From NCBI RefSeq assembly GCF_009914755.1, contig NC_060932.1: 64,000 nucleotides of DNA; one strand, 5' to 3'. The position numbers and the translations under genes are program-made. The DNA comes from the human T2T-CHM13v2.0 reference genome, Homo sapiens. The notes beneath the pieces were generated by a model. It was not told the DNA's origin and made no database searches. It saw nothing but the letters and a program-made list of their open reading frames with translations. Below are positions 14,252-27,836 of this stretch, one piece after another (within the stretch, counting starts at the first letter, position 1; each line of letters starts with the position of its first letter).

Positions 14252-14984
14252 AGAAAATTCTCAAAAGTCAATACAATTTATAGAGGATGTGTATCTGTGT
14301 GTTTTGTTTTGTTTCTTTTTGAGTTTCTTTTCCATTACCAAGCACTCAATATATATTTAAAAGATTACTACACTATGATTTTGATAAATAACAGTAATAA
14401 TTGGAAGGAAAATTTTTAAACAAACCTTCAAAAAGTTATATCTGCCATGGGTTTTAAAAAATATTATTCCCAAAATGTCAACTTACCTGTGATAAAAATC
14501 ACTGTAGAGTTTATGAAGGGGAAATAGGAAAATAAAAATTGGTCAGGCCACTTACTCCTTAATTTTGATTTAGGGCAGCATAAAAAACTCTCAATGTATC
14601 TGTCCAGTGCTGTAGCACTGATGAAGTTTCCAAGCAATTTTCTAGAGATGGGAGTCAATGACTCTGCATTTATAATCAAGGGGGTCCCACATTGCAGAGA
14701 TCTACGAAGCACCTTGGGCAATTCTTTTTTGATTGCAGAAGGAAAACAATGAATTTTGACTTCACACTTCATCAATGCCAAAAGCTCTTTTGAATGTATT
14801 TCCTTAGGTTTTCCTAAACCTATGAGAGCCTGAAAAAGTGGTATAGAAATCAGGCCTCAGGTATAAAGGCACTCTAGCTTGTGTCAGTTACCTCCCTAAG
14901 CTGAACTCTGGATTCTGACCCCTGCTAAGGGTAGGCTCTTTTTTTTGCATAAAACACATAAAAGTAAGGCTAAGTCCACACATA

Positions 14985-16200
14985 GGCAATTAAATGATTT
15001 TTAACAGATGCACTAAAACGATTTACAGGGAAAGGAAAATCTCTTCAACTAATTGTGCTGAGATAACTGAATATTCATATAGAAAAATCAAGATGTTTGA
15101 CTTATCTAGCCATACACAAGAATCAACTGAAGATGAATCACAGACCTAAATAAAAAAGCTAAAACGATAAAGCTACTGGAATAAAATATAGAGTTAGCTT
15201 TATAACTTTGAAGCTAACCCTATATATCTGTACAAATTTCCTAGAGAGTACCCAAACCCATAAATTATTAAAAAGAGCGAACATTAATTGTTTAGGCTAT
15301 CACAATTAAAAATCTCTGTGCATTAATGAAAAGCATCAAGAAATTGATAGTCAATTCACAGACTGGGAAAAATAATTCACAACACATATATATGACAAAT
15401 GGCTTTTATCTAGTATATAAAGAACTCCTACAACTCAATAATAAAAAAGACAACAAAATAAAAAATGGGCAATGGACCTAAACACTTCTCAAAAAATGAT
15501 ATACAAATGGCAGTAAACACATGAAAATCAAATAATATCATTTAAGAAATGCAAATTAAAGCCATAATGAGATGCAACTACACACCCACTATAATGGCTA
15601 AAATGAGAAAGAATATGAGCCAATCAGAACTTCCATACATTGCCAGTGGGAGTGTAAAATGGTATACCATGTTTAGCAATTTAAAAAAGTTAAACATACA
15701 TCCAGCCTATGACCTATGTATTTATCCAAGAAGAATGAAAACAACATGTGAAGGATGTTATAGCAGCCTTATTATACACAGTAGCCCCAAACTGGAGACA
15801 TCCTGCATACCTATCAATGGAATGGATAAACTATCATCTATTCAGTTGATGAAATATTACCCAGAAATAAAAAGGAACAAACTATTGATATAGGCAACAA
15901 TATAGATGAATCTCAAAAACATTATGCTGAGTGAAAGAAGCCAGATCCCCCATCCCTAAACTACATAATGTGTGATTCTACTCATATAAGATTCGAAATG
16001 GGGCAAAACAATGTTCCACGGTGATGAAAATCAGATCAGTGGCTATTTCTGGAGGAACAGACTGGGAAGGGGTGGAGACACTCTCCAGCTCAATGGAAGT
16101 GCTCACCATTTGATGTGTACGTGTTAAGACTGATTGGACAGTACATTTAAGATCTGAGCACTCAGTGTGTACAAATTAAACCTCAATTTAAAGAAAAGAA
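14985..16200 (+). mobile_element. Ancient L1M (L1MC/MD/ME-type) ORF2 end and 3'UTR
   Basis: 'gaaatgcaaattaaagccataatgagat', 'gatgaatctcaaaaacattatgctgagtgaaagaagccag'. Confidence 0.75.
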
Positions 16201-16584
16201 AGGTAAAATAAAAATCACAGCCAAAAGAATGCCAAATGATCATTGGTAGTGAAATTGGTAGCTTTGATTGTCTTGTAAGTGGTCCCAGCAGAAGATAGAG
16301 CAGTGCATAATGAGGGGGCTCAGGTGGCCTGGGTTACTAGGATAAAGCAGCTCTCACAGGCTTAACCAGAAGGGACAGCAGCAAAATGAGACTAGGAGTG
16401 AGGGTAGGGTCAAGAGTAGAAAAGAAAGGAGACTAAGGAAAGATCTCACTTGAAATGGATTCCAAAACACTAAATGACAATGGTAAGAATAATAAAAAAA
16501 AAAATTTGCCACAGCATGTGGACATGATATACAGTAATAAAATAATTCTCTTTTCTTTTTAAAATGTAGATCTTTTAAATTTTT

Positions 16585-16912
16585 AATTTTTTTAAAGACA
16601 AGGTCTTGCTGTATTGCCAGGTTGCAGTACAGTGGCTCACTGCCACCTCAACCTCCTGGGCCCAAGTGATCCTCCCACTTCAGCCTCCAGAGTAGCTAGG
16701 ACTACAGGCATGGGCCACCATGCTCTGCTAATTATAGCTGGGACTACAGGCATGAGCCACCACGCTATAATTAAAAACACTTTTTTTTTGGTAGAGATGG
16801 GGGTGTCACTTTATTGCCCAGGCTGGTCTCAAACTCCTGGGCTCAAGTGATTCTCCTGCCTCAGCCTCCCAAAGTGCTGGGATTGATTACAGCGATGAGC
16901 CATGCAATGGCT
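16585..16912 (-). mobile_element. AluJ with an internal ~40-bp tandem duplication
   Basis: 'ctcctgggctcaagtgat' (AluJ); duplicated 'tagct(a/g)ggactacaggcatg(g/a)gccacca'. Confidence 0.88.
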
Positions 16913-18483
16913 GAAAATGGATTTCTTTATGTTCCTTGGTTGTGCTTACAAGTGACATTGTTGGGCAGAACCACATGTTTAGGAGATGCTAAGTAAATAC
17001 TTGTTGAATGCATGTTCTTCTGGAGGGGCCTTCTTTTCTACCTTAACCTACCTCATCTGCCTTAAACTTCTCTTCCTACTTTTGCTAGTTACTCCTGGGG
17101 CTGGCATGATTTAGGACAAGCTGCAAAGGCATGCTCAAGAAGATAATGCTGAGAAAGGATGCTGAAGTGGATTGTACCAAAGGAAAAACTTTGCAAAAAC
17201 TGCTGGATATGGGGGAGATGTACTCCTTCCCTCCTGGTGAGCAGCTTTAAAATAACAGCCTTTTGTCTCCATTAATCAAATTGGATTTGAAACAGAGAAA
17301 AGCACTTTTATTTCCTCAGCCTCCTGAGCTATCTAGTCCATCCTACTGGGGTGGCTCTTTTTCAGGCACTCAAATCATTTATCATGAACGAAATAACTCA
17401 CTGAGAATATGAAATGTCATGAGTCAAGTCATGGACCTAAATCAGTTAGAGAAAGTCAAACCTTCATACCTTTAATTTATTGTCAGGAGAGAGAATGGCT
17501 GCCGTGACATCTCTCTGGAGCTTTGTCATGTGTGTAACAGAAAGAAAGTGAGCTACGTCCTGAACAAAACACCAAGGGTGCAAGAGCAAGGAGACATCAA
17601 ACCATTGTCTACACCCAGGAAAGGAATTCAGAGTGGTTAGAATCACCTTGATTTTCCTGTGCATTCTCCAGCAATTTGTGGGAGGCCTTCAGAAGTATTT
17701 ATAGTTCTTTTCCACCCAGGCTTAGACTTTTGCAGATAGAAGTGGCTGACACTTCTTGAGGATAAACTTTTGATCTTGCTGCTCACTGTAAGTGGAGCTG
17801 AGGGGTGGTGCATTTCCATTTCTTCTCTGGCCTGAGCTTCTCTGCTGAAGAAACAGAGGACAGATTAGGTCTTCAGATGAGGATGGAAGAGCCCTGTTTG
17901 TACAACTTATAAGATTTAGCTGAATTCTAACCTTAAATTTTTACATACATATTGATAGTAGAAATTAATTGTACAATCTTTGAAATCAGTACCAATATTA
18001 AGTCAATAAGCCATTAAAAATGACTGAAATCAGTATCTGATTCATGAGGAACATTTGCTTGTTTAGCTTTTCTTTTACCCATTATGATTCCTTACTATGT
18101 GAAGGAATCTATATTTAGTAAACAAAACAAAACAAGCATCCTCCTGAAACAAAAACAATTCTACCAGGGCCTTCCTAATGCCTGCCAACTCTGGCAGCCC
18201 AGGGGAACTTGCAGTCAAGACTACAGGAGCAGAAGGAAAATGGAAAAAGGAGAGAAGACTTGCTTACATCTCTACCCTCAGGGCCTTAGAGTATCCCCAC
18301 CTACCCTTTTCCAAAGATTGTGCTTCTAAATTTCTAAATTACCTCTTCTTGTTAAGAGATTTTTTTTTCCTGAGATTAATTAGTAGCCAGGTATAAATGA
18401 CAGAAATAAATGACTTTTTTTGGTGGGCATTTACTTTTCAGCAGGGATTTGTTGAGTCCAGTTAAATATTTAGAGGATGGAAT

Positions 18484-18630
18484 TGACAAACACCCTTTAC
18501 TTGACAAAACTTTATCCAGGCTTTTCTGAGTCTTTTTCTTGACTAGGCCTCAACCTTGCCCCTGTTCTAGCCAGGTCTGCATAACCCAGTCTTAGAAAAA
18601 ATCCTGCTGTCAGTTTAGCAAGAATACTCT
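18484..18630 (+). mobile_element. MER31-like ERV1 LTR, 5' fragment
   Basis: 'tgacaaa...cttgacaaaactttatccaggc...gactaggcctcaacctt...gtcagtttagcaagaat'. Confidence 0.6.
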
Positions 18631-19690
18631 CGTAGAAGAGGAGAAAATATTTGCAAACCATATGTCTCATGAGTTTTTAATATCCAAGATATATAAGTGA
18701 CCCAAATAACCCAATAGTAAGAAAATAAATAACCATATTAAAAAATAGACCAAGGAGCGGAATAGGCATTTCTCCAAAGAAAATAAATAAATGGCAAACA
18801 GGTATATGAAAAATGCTGAACATCACTAATTATCAGGAAAATGCAAAGCAAAGCCACAATGAAGTATCAACACACACCTGTTAGAAGGGTTATCAAAAAG
18901 ACAAAATATAACAAGTGTTGGTGAGGATGTAGAGAGAAGTGAACCCTTTGTACACAGTTGGTATGTAAATTTGTACACTTATTATGGAAAACACTATGGA
19001 GGCACCACAGAAAACTAGAAATTACCATATAACTCAACAATTTTACTTCTGGTTATATCCCAAAAAAATTGAAATCAGTATGTAAAGAGACATCTGCACT
19101 CCCACGTTCATTGCAGCATTATTTACGATAGTGACAACATGGGTTTGACCTAAGTGTTCATCAATGGATGAATGTATGAGGCAAATGTTGAATACTATTC
19201 AGCCTTAAAAAAGAAGAAAATTCCGTCATTTTTGAAAACATGGATGAACATCTAGGATTTTATGCTAAGTAAAATGAGCCAGACATAGAAAGACAAATAC
19301 TACAGGACCTCACTCATATGTGGAGTCTAAAAAAGTGGAATTCATAGAAGCAGAGAGGAGAATGGTATTTCACAGGGCTGGGGTTAGGGAAGAAAAGATG
19401 TTGGTCAAAGGGTACACAATTTTAGTTATGCAGAATGAATAAGTTCTAGAGATCTGATGCATAGCATCATGACTGTTGTCAATAGTACCATATTTATACT
19501 TGGCAATCACTACCGGAATAGGTTTTAAATGTTCTCATCGCAAAAAAATAAATATGTGAGGTGATGGCTATGTTGATTAGCTTAATAAGCATTTTTAAAC
19601 TGTCTATGTATATCAAAACACCACATTGTACACCTTAAATATATACAACTTTTACCTGACAATTATACCTCAATAAAGCTGGAGAAAAAC
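18631..19690 (+). mobile_element. L1MA/L1MB-type 3' end
   Basis: ORF2 C-terminal motifs; ends 'caattatacctcaataaagctggagaaaaa'. Confidence 0.82.
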
Positions 19691-19819
19691 TGCAAGGAAA
19701 TATAATTCTATAGTTACAACTACTTTTTGACAAAAAAAAAACCATAGTGTTGATGAAGATAATATGCAAATGTTTGGATAATAGCAAGAGCTGTTTGAAA
19801 GATCACTCTCTTACCTTCT

Positions 19820-20133
19820 TGCCGTCTTTCCCAGAGCTTGGAGAAACTTTGTCCCAGGCCATTGCATGGTCTTTAAGCTCATTCAATCACTCAGAATTGT
19901 TCACTACCCTTCAAAATTGCCTATATTCCCCTCATTTTCTTCTCCCCTATGAAGAAGATAGTTTAGCCACAACCAAGTGGCCTTTCTTTGAATCCCATAT
20001 TTGCAGGACTCCTGCAGACACTTGTGTGTTAATAAATTTGTATGCTTTTTCTCCTATTAGTCTGTTTATTGTCAGTTTGTGTAGCAGACATGAACCTTCA
20101 GGGAGTGAGGGAAAATTGTCTTGGCCTCATAGA
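19820..20133 (+). mobile_element. 5' LTR (3' half only) of a MER34/MER39-group provirus
   Basis: Homologous to ~27355-27650; AATAAA; followed by a PBS. Confidence 0.7.
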
Positions 20134-20135
20134 TT

Positions 20136-20153
20136 TGGCATAGCTGGCAGGAT
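20136..20153 (+). promoter_or_regulatory. Retroviral primer-binding site, tRNA-Ser-like
   Basis: tggcatagctggcaggat vs TGGCGTAGTCGGCAGGAT (complement of the tRNA-Ser 3' end): 15/18, two changes fit CpG decay; lies just after the LTR end. Confidence 0.65.
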
Positions 20154-21256
20154 GCCAAAACCACTCTTGCTCCTTTGGAATCTGCAGTTGAGAGAAACTA
20201 GGACTGAAAAACCAGCAAAAATGGGAAGAATTTCTTACCAGTCAGACTCCTCGTTCTCTGTCTATGAATTCCAGTTGAATGAATGGCAAAACACACTATT
20301 TTCTCTCTTTCCTATCAAAATTTAGATTAATAGGGGAAAAGCATTTGTATGGACTGGTCCTTGGGTATAGCAACTCCAGTGTATTTTTAGTATGAGCACT
20401 CATCTTATCTGATCCTTTTGCTTCCAGAAATGGCCTTTGTTTTCCTTTGTCTCTATCTTTCTGTGTTGTTTGTCACAAAGAAGAAAACTATTGGGTACAA
20501 CATGGGCCTAAGGCCCTTATAAACCTGTTGTTTGAGCTAGCCTTTTGTCTTGTTTTATATCTCGAGAGCCTGGCTTTTGGGGCCAAGTGAAAACACTCTC
20601 TCTGCTTGCCTGCCAGCTGGGGGCATGGTTATTAGATCACATCAGATGGCCAGTCTGAAAGGCCTGGTAACCCATGACACGTAAAATTATTAAGTAATAC
20701 TCTCTTTTCCAAAGTGCCAAACTCACAGGGGCATTTGTCTTAATAAGAAGTCTCACCCATGGGGCTTTCTGTCATTTCAGGCTTTGTTGCCTTGTTAGTC
20801 CTAGGAAAGTCCAACCCCAGAAAACCCTGCCTGGACTCATAGGTTGGTGAGTCTGTGACTGAAGGCACCCCCATCTGTCCATGTGTCCACATATTCATAA
20901 GGAGACCAGAGACACTGCACAGACACCAGCCTTAACCATCTGTGTCAACAGGATCTTTTGGCTTCTTTAGTCTATTTCCGGGAGTGAATTTTTGGGTATC
21001 ATGGGAGCTGCCTCTTCCACACCTTCTTTGGGAATGCTTCTTACCTTGATGAAAAATTTTATTCTAAACTTAAAAAAATTACATCCTAGTCTTTCCTTGA
21101 AGAGGTTTATTAGATTACGTCAGTACAAAAATAAGTACACCATTGGGGACCCTAATTGTCAATGACAGATAATGGATCTTTTGACTTAGAAAGACTCTAT
21201 ATGTAAAAAAACGATCTCAGAAAGCTCTCCCTCCAAGCCGTTGCCTTATGTGTATT

Positions 21257-22002
21257 TGTTACGGGTGAGTCTTTGTTCTTAGAGCTCCCAAGATGGTGGT
21301 GGGCTGCTCCCAAGATGGCAGCAAGCCTTTTGCTCTGTAACCTGGGGTTCTTGGCCTCACAGATTCCAAGGAATGGAACCTTGGGCCATGCAGTGTGTGT
21401 TATAGCTCTGTCAGAAGCCGTGGGTTGTGGAAGAGAACCGTGGAACCCAGCAACTAGTGTTCAGCTCGATTAGGACGAACCCGGGCACTTAGCCTTGCAG
21501 GAACAATAGCAAGCCTTTAGGCCGTTGGGGAGTACCAATGGGCGCCTTGCTGGATCAGAAACGCAGCAGACACAGATCTGGAGGGGTGGAAGTCAATGGC
21601 GTGTCTGCCATGGCGGCAAACAGCTGAGCAAAAGCTCAGCTCAAGCTGGAACAAACACGGACCAGAAGAGTGTGCAGCTGCAAGATTTAACAGAGTGAAA
21701 ACAAAGCTCCCATACAATGGGAGGGGACCCAAAGGGGGTTGCCCACTCCCGGCTCGAATGCGTGGGGTTTATATCCCAATCATTGTCCCTCCCCCTGTGC
21801 TCTCAGGCGATAGATGATTTGATTATTTCTTTACCTCCTGTTTTTAGCCTAATTGGTATTTTAGTGAGCCCTCTTTACTACCTGATTTGTCTGGCGTGAA
21901 CTGAGTTAAAGGCCTGTGTTTAAAGATGGGTGCGGTCACCTTCCCCAACTAGGCGTAGGAATTCTTAGTCGGCCTAGGAAATCCAGCTAGTCCTGTCTCT
22001 CA
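21257..22002 (-). mobile_element. HERV-W solo LTR (LTR17), variant 1
   Basis: Minus strand begins TGAGAGACAGGACTAGCTGGATTTCCTAGGCCGACTAAG and ends ...CCGTAACA. Confidence 0.88.
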
Positions 22003-22006
22003 TTGC

Positions 22007-23383
22007 TATTATAGGAGTTATTAAGAAATTATTTTAGACAGATAGGGAGGAAAAGGGTCCTTGGGAAGTTATTTTTCTTTTAAAGCAGCTCCAGAAATGT
22101 TTCTTGTCTAGCAGGAAAGCCCTGGCTCTTAAAGCTGGGCTGGCAAGCTTTGGTATGCAAATACAGGCCATTAGAAACTGTGTCCACCCAAACATTGCGA
22201 TTCCCGCTGTCTTCTTGCCCTTGCCCCAACATCTGTCTGACAACATGGCCGCCCCCACATATCCCCATGTGTGCAGAACATCATGGCGCCCTGAATTTGC
22301 ATATTAAAAGGCTAGAGTGGGAGGGCAAGTCCCCCCCGCCCAGGCTACATGAATGACATGCCTGGTCAAACCAATCCCCTGAGCCCTATGCAAATCAGAC
22401 ACCACCTCCTCCAACCTTCTCATATAAGCAGCTACTTCTCCCCCCACAAACGAGGTTTTCTCTTTGTTGGAATCCCCCCTCTTTCTGTGTCTGTATGGGG
22501 GAGCTGTTTTTCTTCCTTCCTTCTTTCTTGCCTACTAAACTTTTCGCACTTTAAAACCACTCCATGTGTGTCCATGTCATTTTATCCAAACCCGTGTGAG
22601 ACCAAGAACCCTGATGTTCCTCCAGTCATTGGAGCCATATTATTACCAGGGGTCCTTGCTCACAGAGCTTCCAAGATGGTGGTGAGCCTCATGTTCTCTG
22701 ACCTGGGGTTCTTGGTCTCACGGATTCCAAGGAATGGAATCTTGGGCCATGCAGTGAGTGTTATAGCTCTATTAGAAGCCGTGGGTCACGGAAGAGAACT
22801 GTGGAACCCAGTGACTAGTGTTCAGCTCGATTAGGACAAACCCAGGCACTTAGCCGTGCAGGAACAATGGCAAGCCTTTAGCCCCATCGGGAGTGGCAAC
22901 GGGCACCTCCTTGGATAAGGAGCATAGCAGACACCCTGCTGGATCCGGAAGAATGGAAGTCAGCGGCGGGTCTGCGACAGTGGCAAAACAGCAGTGGTGG
23001 ACCACAAGCGAAAGCTCAGCTCGAGCCCTAACAAACACGGACCAGAAGAGTGCAGTTGCAAGATTTAATAGAGTGAAATAGAGTGAAAACAGAGCTCCCA
23101 TACAAGGGGAGGGGACCCAAAGCGGGTTGCCCTTGCCAGCTCGAATGCCTGGGTTTATATCCTGATCCTTGTCCCTCCTGCTGTGCTCTCAGGCAATAGA
23201 TGATTGGCTATTTCTTTACTTCCTGTTTTTGCCTAATTAGTATTTTAGTGAGCTCTCTGATTGGTTGGGTGTGAGCTAAGTTGCAAGCTCTGTGTTTAAA
23301 GGTGGATGCGGTCACCTTCCCAACTAGGCTTAGGGATTCTTAGTCAGCCTAGGAAATCCAGCTTGTCCTGTCTCTCAATATCA
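22007..23383 (+). mobile_element. LTR9-family ERV1 solo LTR (main body 22007-22640, final 'ca' at 23382-23383)
   Basis: 'ggagttattaagaaattattttag...'; three octamer motifs; TSD ttgc/ctgc. Confidence 0.7.
22641..23377 (-). mobile_element. HERV-W solo LTR (LTR17), variant 2
   Basis: Minus strand TGAGAGACAGGAC...GAGCAAGGACCCCTGGTAATA; 4-bp TSD atat/atat. Confidence 0.9.
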
Positions 23384-23389
23384 CTGCCT

Positions 23390-23590
23390 TTGTATTTCTT
23401 AAATGTATTTGATTGCTGTCTCATGCCTCCCTAAAATGCTAAAATGTATAAAACTAACCTGCACCCCGACCACCTTGGGCACATGTTCTCAGGACCTCCT
23501 GAGGGCTGTGTCACGGGCCATGGTCACTCATATTTGGCTCAGAATAAATCTCTTCAAATAACTTACAGAGTTTGACTCTTTTTGTTGACA
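23390..23590 (+). mobile_element. MER4-type LTR, 3' fragment
   Basis: 'gaccaccttgggcacatgttctcaggacctcctgagggctgtgtcacgggcc...gttgaca'. Confidence 0.75.
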
Positions 23591-23757
23591 ATAGCTTTTG
23601 ATTTTCTATTTTTCAAATGGACTACTTGTCTCTTCTGATTTTCCATCAATGGAAACATACATGTTATCAGCCTTTTGTGTGCATGTGGCCAACCACAGGT
23701 TGGGAGCTCCCAAAATATAGCAAGGCAAGAACGTGGGTTACATATTTTTGTGGCTAA

Positions 23758-24243
<486 letters not shown>

Positions 24244-24936
24244 TAAATTTAAAATTTTAAATTTCTGTTTATATTTGGAACGTAATAAAAGCTTTTTTTG
24301 TTTCAATTGTTTGTTTGCTTTCTCCCTTCTCTGAGGTAAAAGAGAACTTTATGCTAAAAAAAATTTTTTTGATTAGTAATTACCCTAAGCCACTAACCAC
24401 TTGTATTATTTCTCTGTGCCTTTTGAGGTGTAAACTCTTTCCTCAGTCTTACCTAAGAAACTACCCCCTTTAAAATGCAAATTTCAATGCAAAGAGCCGG
24501 GAAACAGGAATTTCTACTGTTTGCCCAGCTAAAACCTGGCAATAAAATAGCTTAAGAAATTTAAAAAGTTCTATGGTCAAAAGTCGCCTAATTAAAAGGT
24601 AATGCTTAGGTCATAATTTTTTTCTTTTTTTTTTTTTTTCTTTAAGAACTTTCTTCTTTGGATCCTGTTTTTTCCATAACTTTTTTCTTAGTCAACTGAA
24701 ACACCATTTTTTAAATTAATAAATTTATTAATTTATTTTAATTTAATCAATAAATTTAAATACATTTGCTTCCTTTCTTGATGGCATAAATTTTGCCAAA
24801 GATAATGTAAAATTTTATTAGACTTTTGGGAAACTGAAGATCTTCTCAATCTGGTTCCCCTGAGTCTTGTTCTTTTATTTGCTTCTGCTCCTTCTATCTC
24901 CTTTTTACCTTCAATCTTCCATCCAGCTTCCTTTAA

Positions 24937-25223
<287 letters not shown>

Positions 25224-25320
25224 CCAGCTTCCTTTAATTTTTAATGTGTACCCTTCAAGCCTCTACCTTCTCTATTTAGTGTCAGTGGATAAAAATTACT
25301 GTGAGGAAACATCAGAGTTC

Positions 25321-25872
25321 TGTCAGAGGCGTTTGAACTACAGCAACTCCGTCTTGAATAGGACCTGGGTAAAATGAGGCTGAAACTTACTGGGCTGCAA
25401 TCCCAGATGGTTAAGGTATTCTAAGTCACAGGATGAGATAGGAGGTCAGCAAAAAGTCGCAGGTTATAAAGACCTTGCTGATAAAACAGGTTGTAGTAAA
25501 GAAGCCGGCTAAAACCCACCAAAACCAAGATGACCATGAGAGTGACCACTGGTTGTCCTCACTGCTACACTCCCACCAGCGCCTAGACAGTTTACAAATG
25601 CCATGGCAATGTCAGAAAGTTACCCTATATAGTCTAAAAAGGGGAGACATGAATAATCCACCCCTCGTTTAGCATTTCATCAAGAAATATCCATAAAAAC
25701 AGGCAACCAGCGGCCCCCAGGGCTGCTCTGTCTATGAAGCAGCCATTCTTTATTCCTTTACTTTCCTGGAAAACTTGCTTTCACCTTACTCTATGGACTC
25801 ACCCTGAATTCTTTCTTGTGAGAGATCGAAGAACCCTCTTGGGGTTTGGATCGGGACCCCTTTCCTGTAACA
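25321..25872 (+). mobile_element. MER41A solo LTR
   Basis: 'tgtcagaggcgtttgaac...gggacccctttcctgtaaca', 552 bp. Confidence 0.88.
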
Positions 25873-26936
25873 TGACTACCACATAAAGAGATCTAAAGGA
25901 GACTTCTAACAACCCTGAGATCCCCTAAGAAACACAGAAAAGGTGCCGCTAGCCCTCTTTTTGGGGTCTTCTTTCTTCTTCATTGAGCCAAGTCTATATG
26001 TATTACAGCCATAATTCAATGGTGACTCCTTGCCCTAGCTTTCTAGCCTTGACAGGCTTTTAAAAGAATAATCTAACATTCTTTATTAAAAATTCCAACA
26101 AAGCAGACTTAAAAAGAGCCTAATCAGTCACTAGTCTTGCTAGACTTATGTAAATGGTCAGGCCAAGTATAACAAAACTAATTTTACAAGTAAATTAAAC
26201 TTGCTATGATTTATCTTTGGTAGCAATGTAGAGAAAATAATTATATTTTAGAAAAACCTATAGCATACCTGTTATTAGATCCTAGTTCATTGTTTTTGAG
26301 ATTTTATTATTTATGTACAATCTGGACTAAATATTAAATTATTTTTGTTTCTTCCAACGTCTGGCTGCAAATCTCCAAACTAACGTTTCCAAATTTTCTC
26401 TCACTCCGCTGACTTGGAATCACAAAAAATTAAAAACTGTGTTTTGAAGCTCTGCAAGCTGAAGCTAGTCAACCTAATAAATAAACTCCAGAGAAATCAT
26501 TGTGATGGCTTGTATATTGACAGCCTTTATGACATTTAGCCTGCACACCAGGATACTCTGTCAGATTGCTACTGCATACCCTGCTCCAACTAAAGATGCT
26601 TCAGACCAGATTTAAAAATATTCTCAGCTGACTGCCGTCCAGTTGCAGACTAGATTATATACTGCTCCAGACGTCAACTTTTAATTTTCTTTTGCTTCCA
26701 TAGACAAGTCTCTTATTAAATACCTGTGTACTTGCACCATATTGAGACCTAGCCTTGACGAAAGTCCTACTGTCTCCTTAAATGAGCTACAACTGTTCAA
26801 TTGGATTGGCCAGGGTTGGGAGATGGGTTTAGTGGTATCCTTTGCCACTTAGCTTCTAACTCAAATTCTGTCTCTCCAGCCACCAGTTCAGCTTTTAGTG
26901 TGTGTGAAACTTCTAGGGAAGTTTCAGACAGGGGTA

Positions 26937-27650
26937 TGGCAGGGCACAGAGACTGATACCCCAAAGTATGGTGCTTTGGCATACTTTCAATTAAAGGAAA
27001 TTGGAAGACCATAGAAGCTGCCTCAGAACCAAAGACTTTTTAACCTTACCTTTTTGTGCCCACCAAGCACAGGGAGAGGCTCTTTCTAAAAGTTCCTTTA
27101 CCTAACTGAAGAACAATTATTTCCCCAAAAAATACAGCTGTCTTAAAAGCCCCTCCCTAGAAATCTTATCAAATAGCCAGAAAATAATCAACTGCCAGGA
27201 AAAAAAAGATCAAAAGTCATTGTCTGTGCTCAGACAGGCTGTTCATTTATTCTTCTAAGGACAACTCCAAAAAATGACCTGAGAGACTTTATCTACATAA
27301 TAAGACAACCTTTGTTCATAGCAAAGTTCCATCCCACTCTTTCTTACCACTGCCCCGAAGAACTCAGAAATATTTTGTCCCAGGCCGTTGTCTGTTATTT
27401 GGGCTCAGTTAATTCCCCTAAAATTATTTACTACCTCTCAAAATTGCTTACACCCCACCTTTCCCTCTCCCCTATAAAGATGGTGTTTAAGCCTCAACCA
27501 TCTGGGCTTTCTGTGAGTCTCATATTTGTGAGACTCCCATGGCTATGTACACATGAGTAAGTTTGTATGCCTTTTCTCCTGTTAATTTGTCTATTGTCAG
27601 TTTGTTTAACAGACTCAAGTCTTCAAAGGGGAAGGAAAAATTATCTTCAC
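26937..27650 (+). mobile_element. 3' LTR of the MER34/MER39-group provirus
   Basis: 'gataccccaaagtatggtgctttggcata'; 3' half homologous to 19820-20133. Confidence 0.72.
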
Positions 27651-27730
27651 TTTTATGTGGGCACCTAAGTATACATTTACTCTACTTCTCATGCTTCCTA
27701 ATGATACAGAAGCTACTTATTATTGTGGTA

Positions 27731-27805
27731 CTTTTATTGAAGTATAATTAATATATAATAAGCTGCACACATTTAAAGTGTACATTTGTAAATTTTGACA
27801 TATAC

Positions 27806-27836
<31 letters not shown>

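Noticed and set aside
19747-20325. 192-aa ORF as a retroviral gag or env remnant
   Set aside because: It spans LTR, PBS and leader sequence and shows no retroviral protein motifs.
21257-23377. LTR17-LTR17 pair as a complete HERV-W provirus
   Set aside because: No PBS or internal HERV-W sequence between them, the LTRs differ, and the second has its own TSD.
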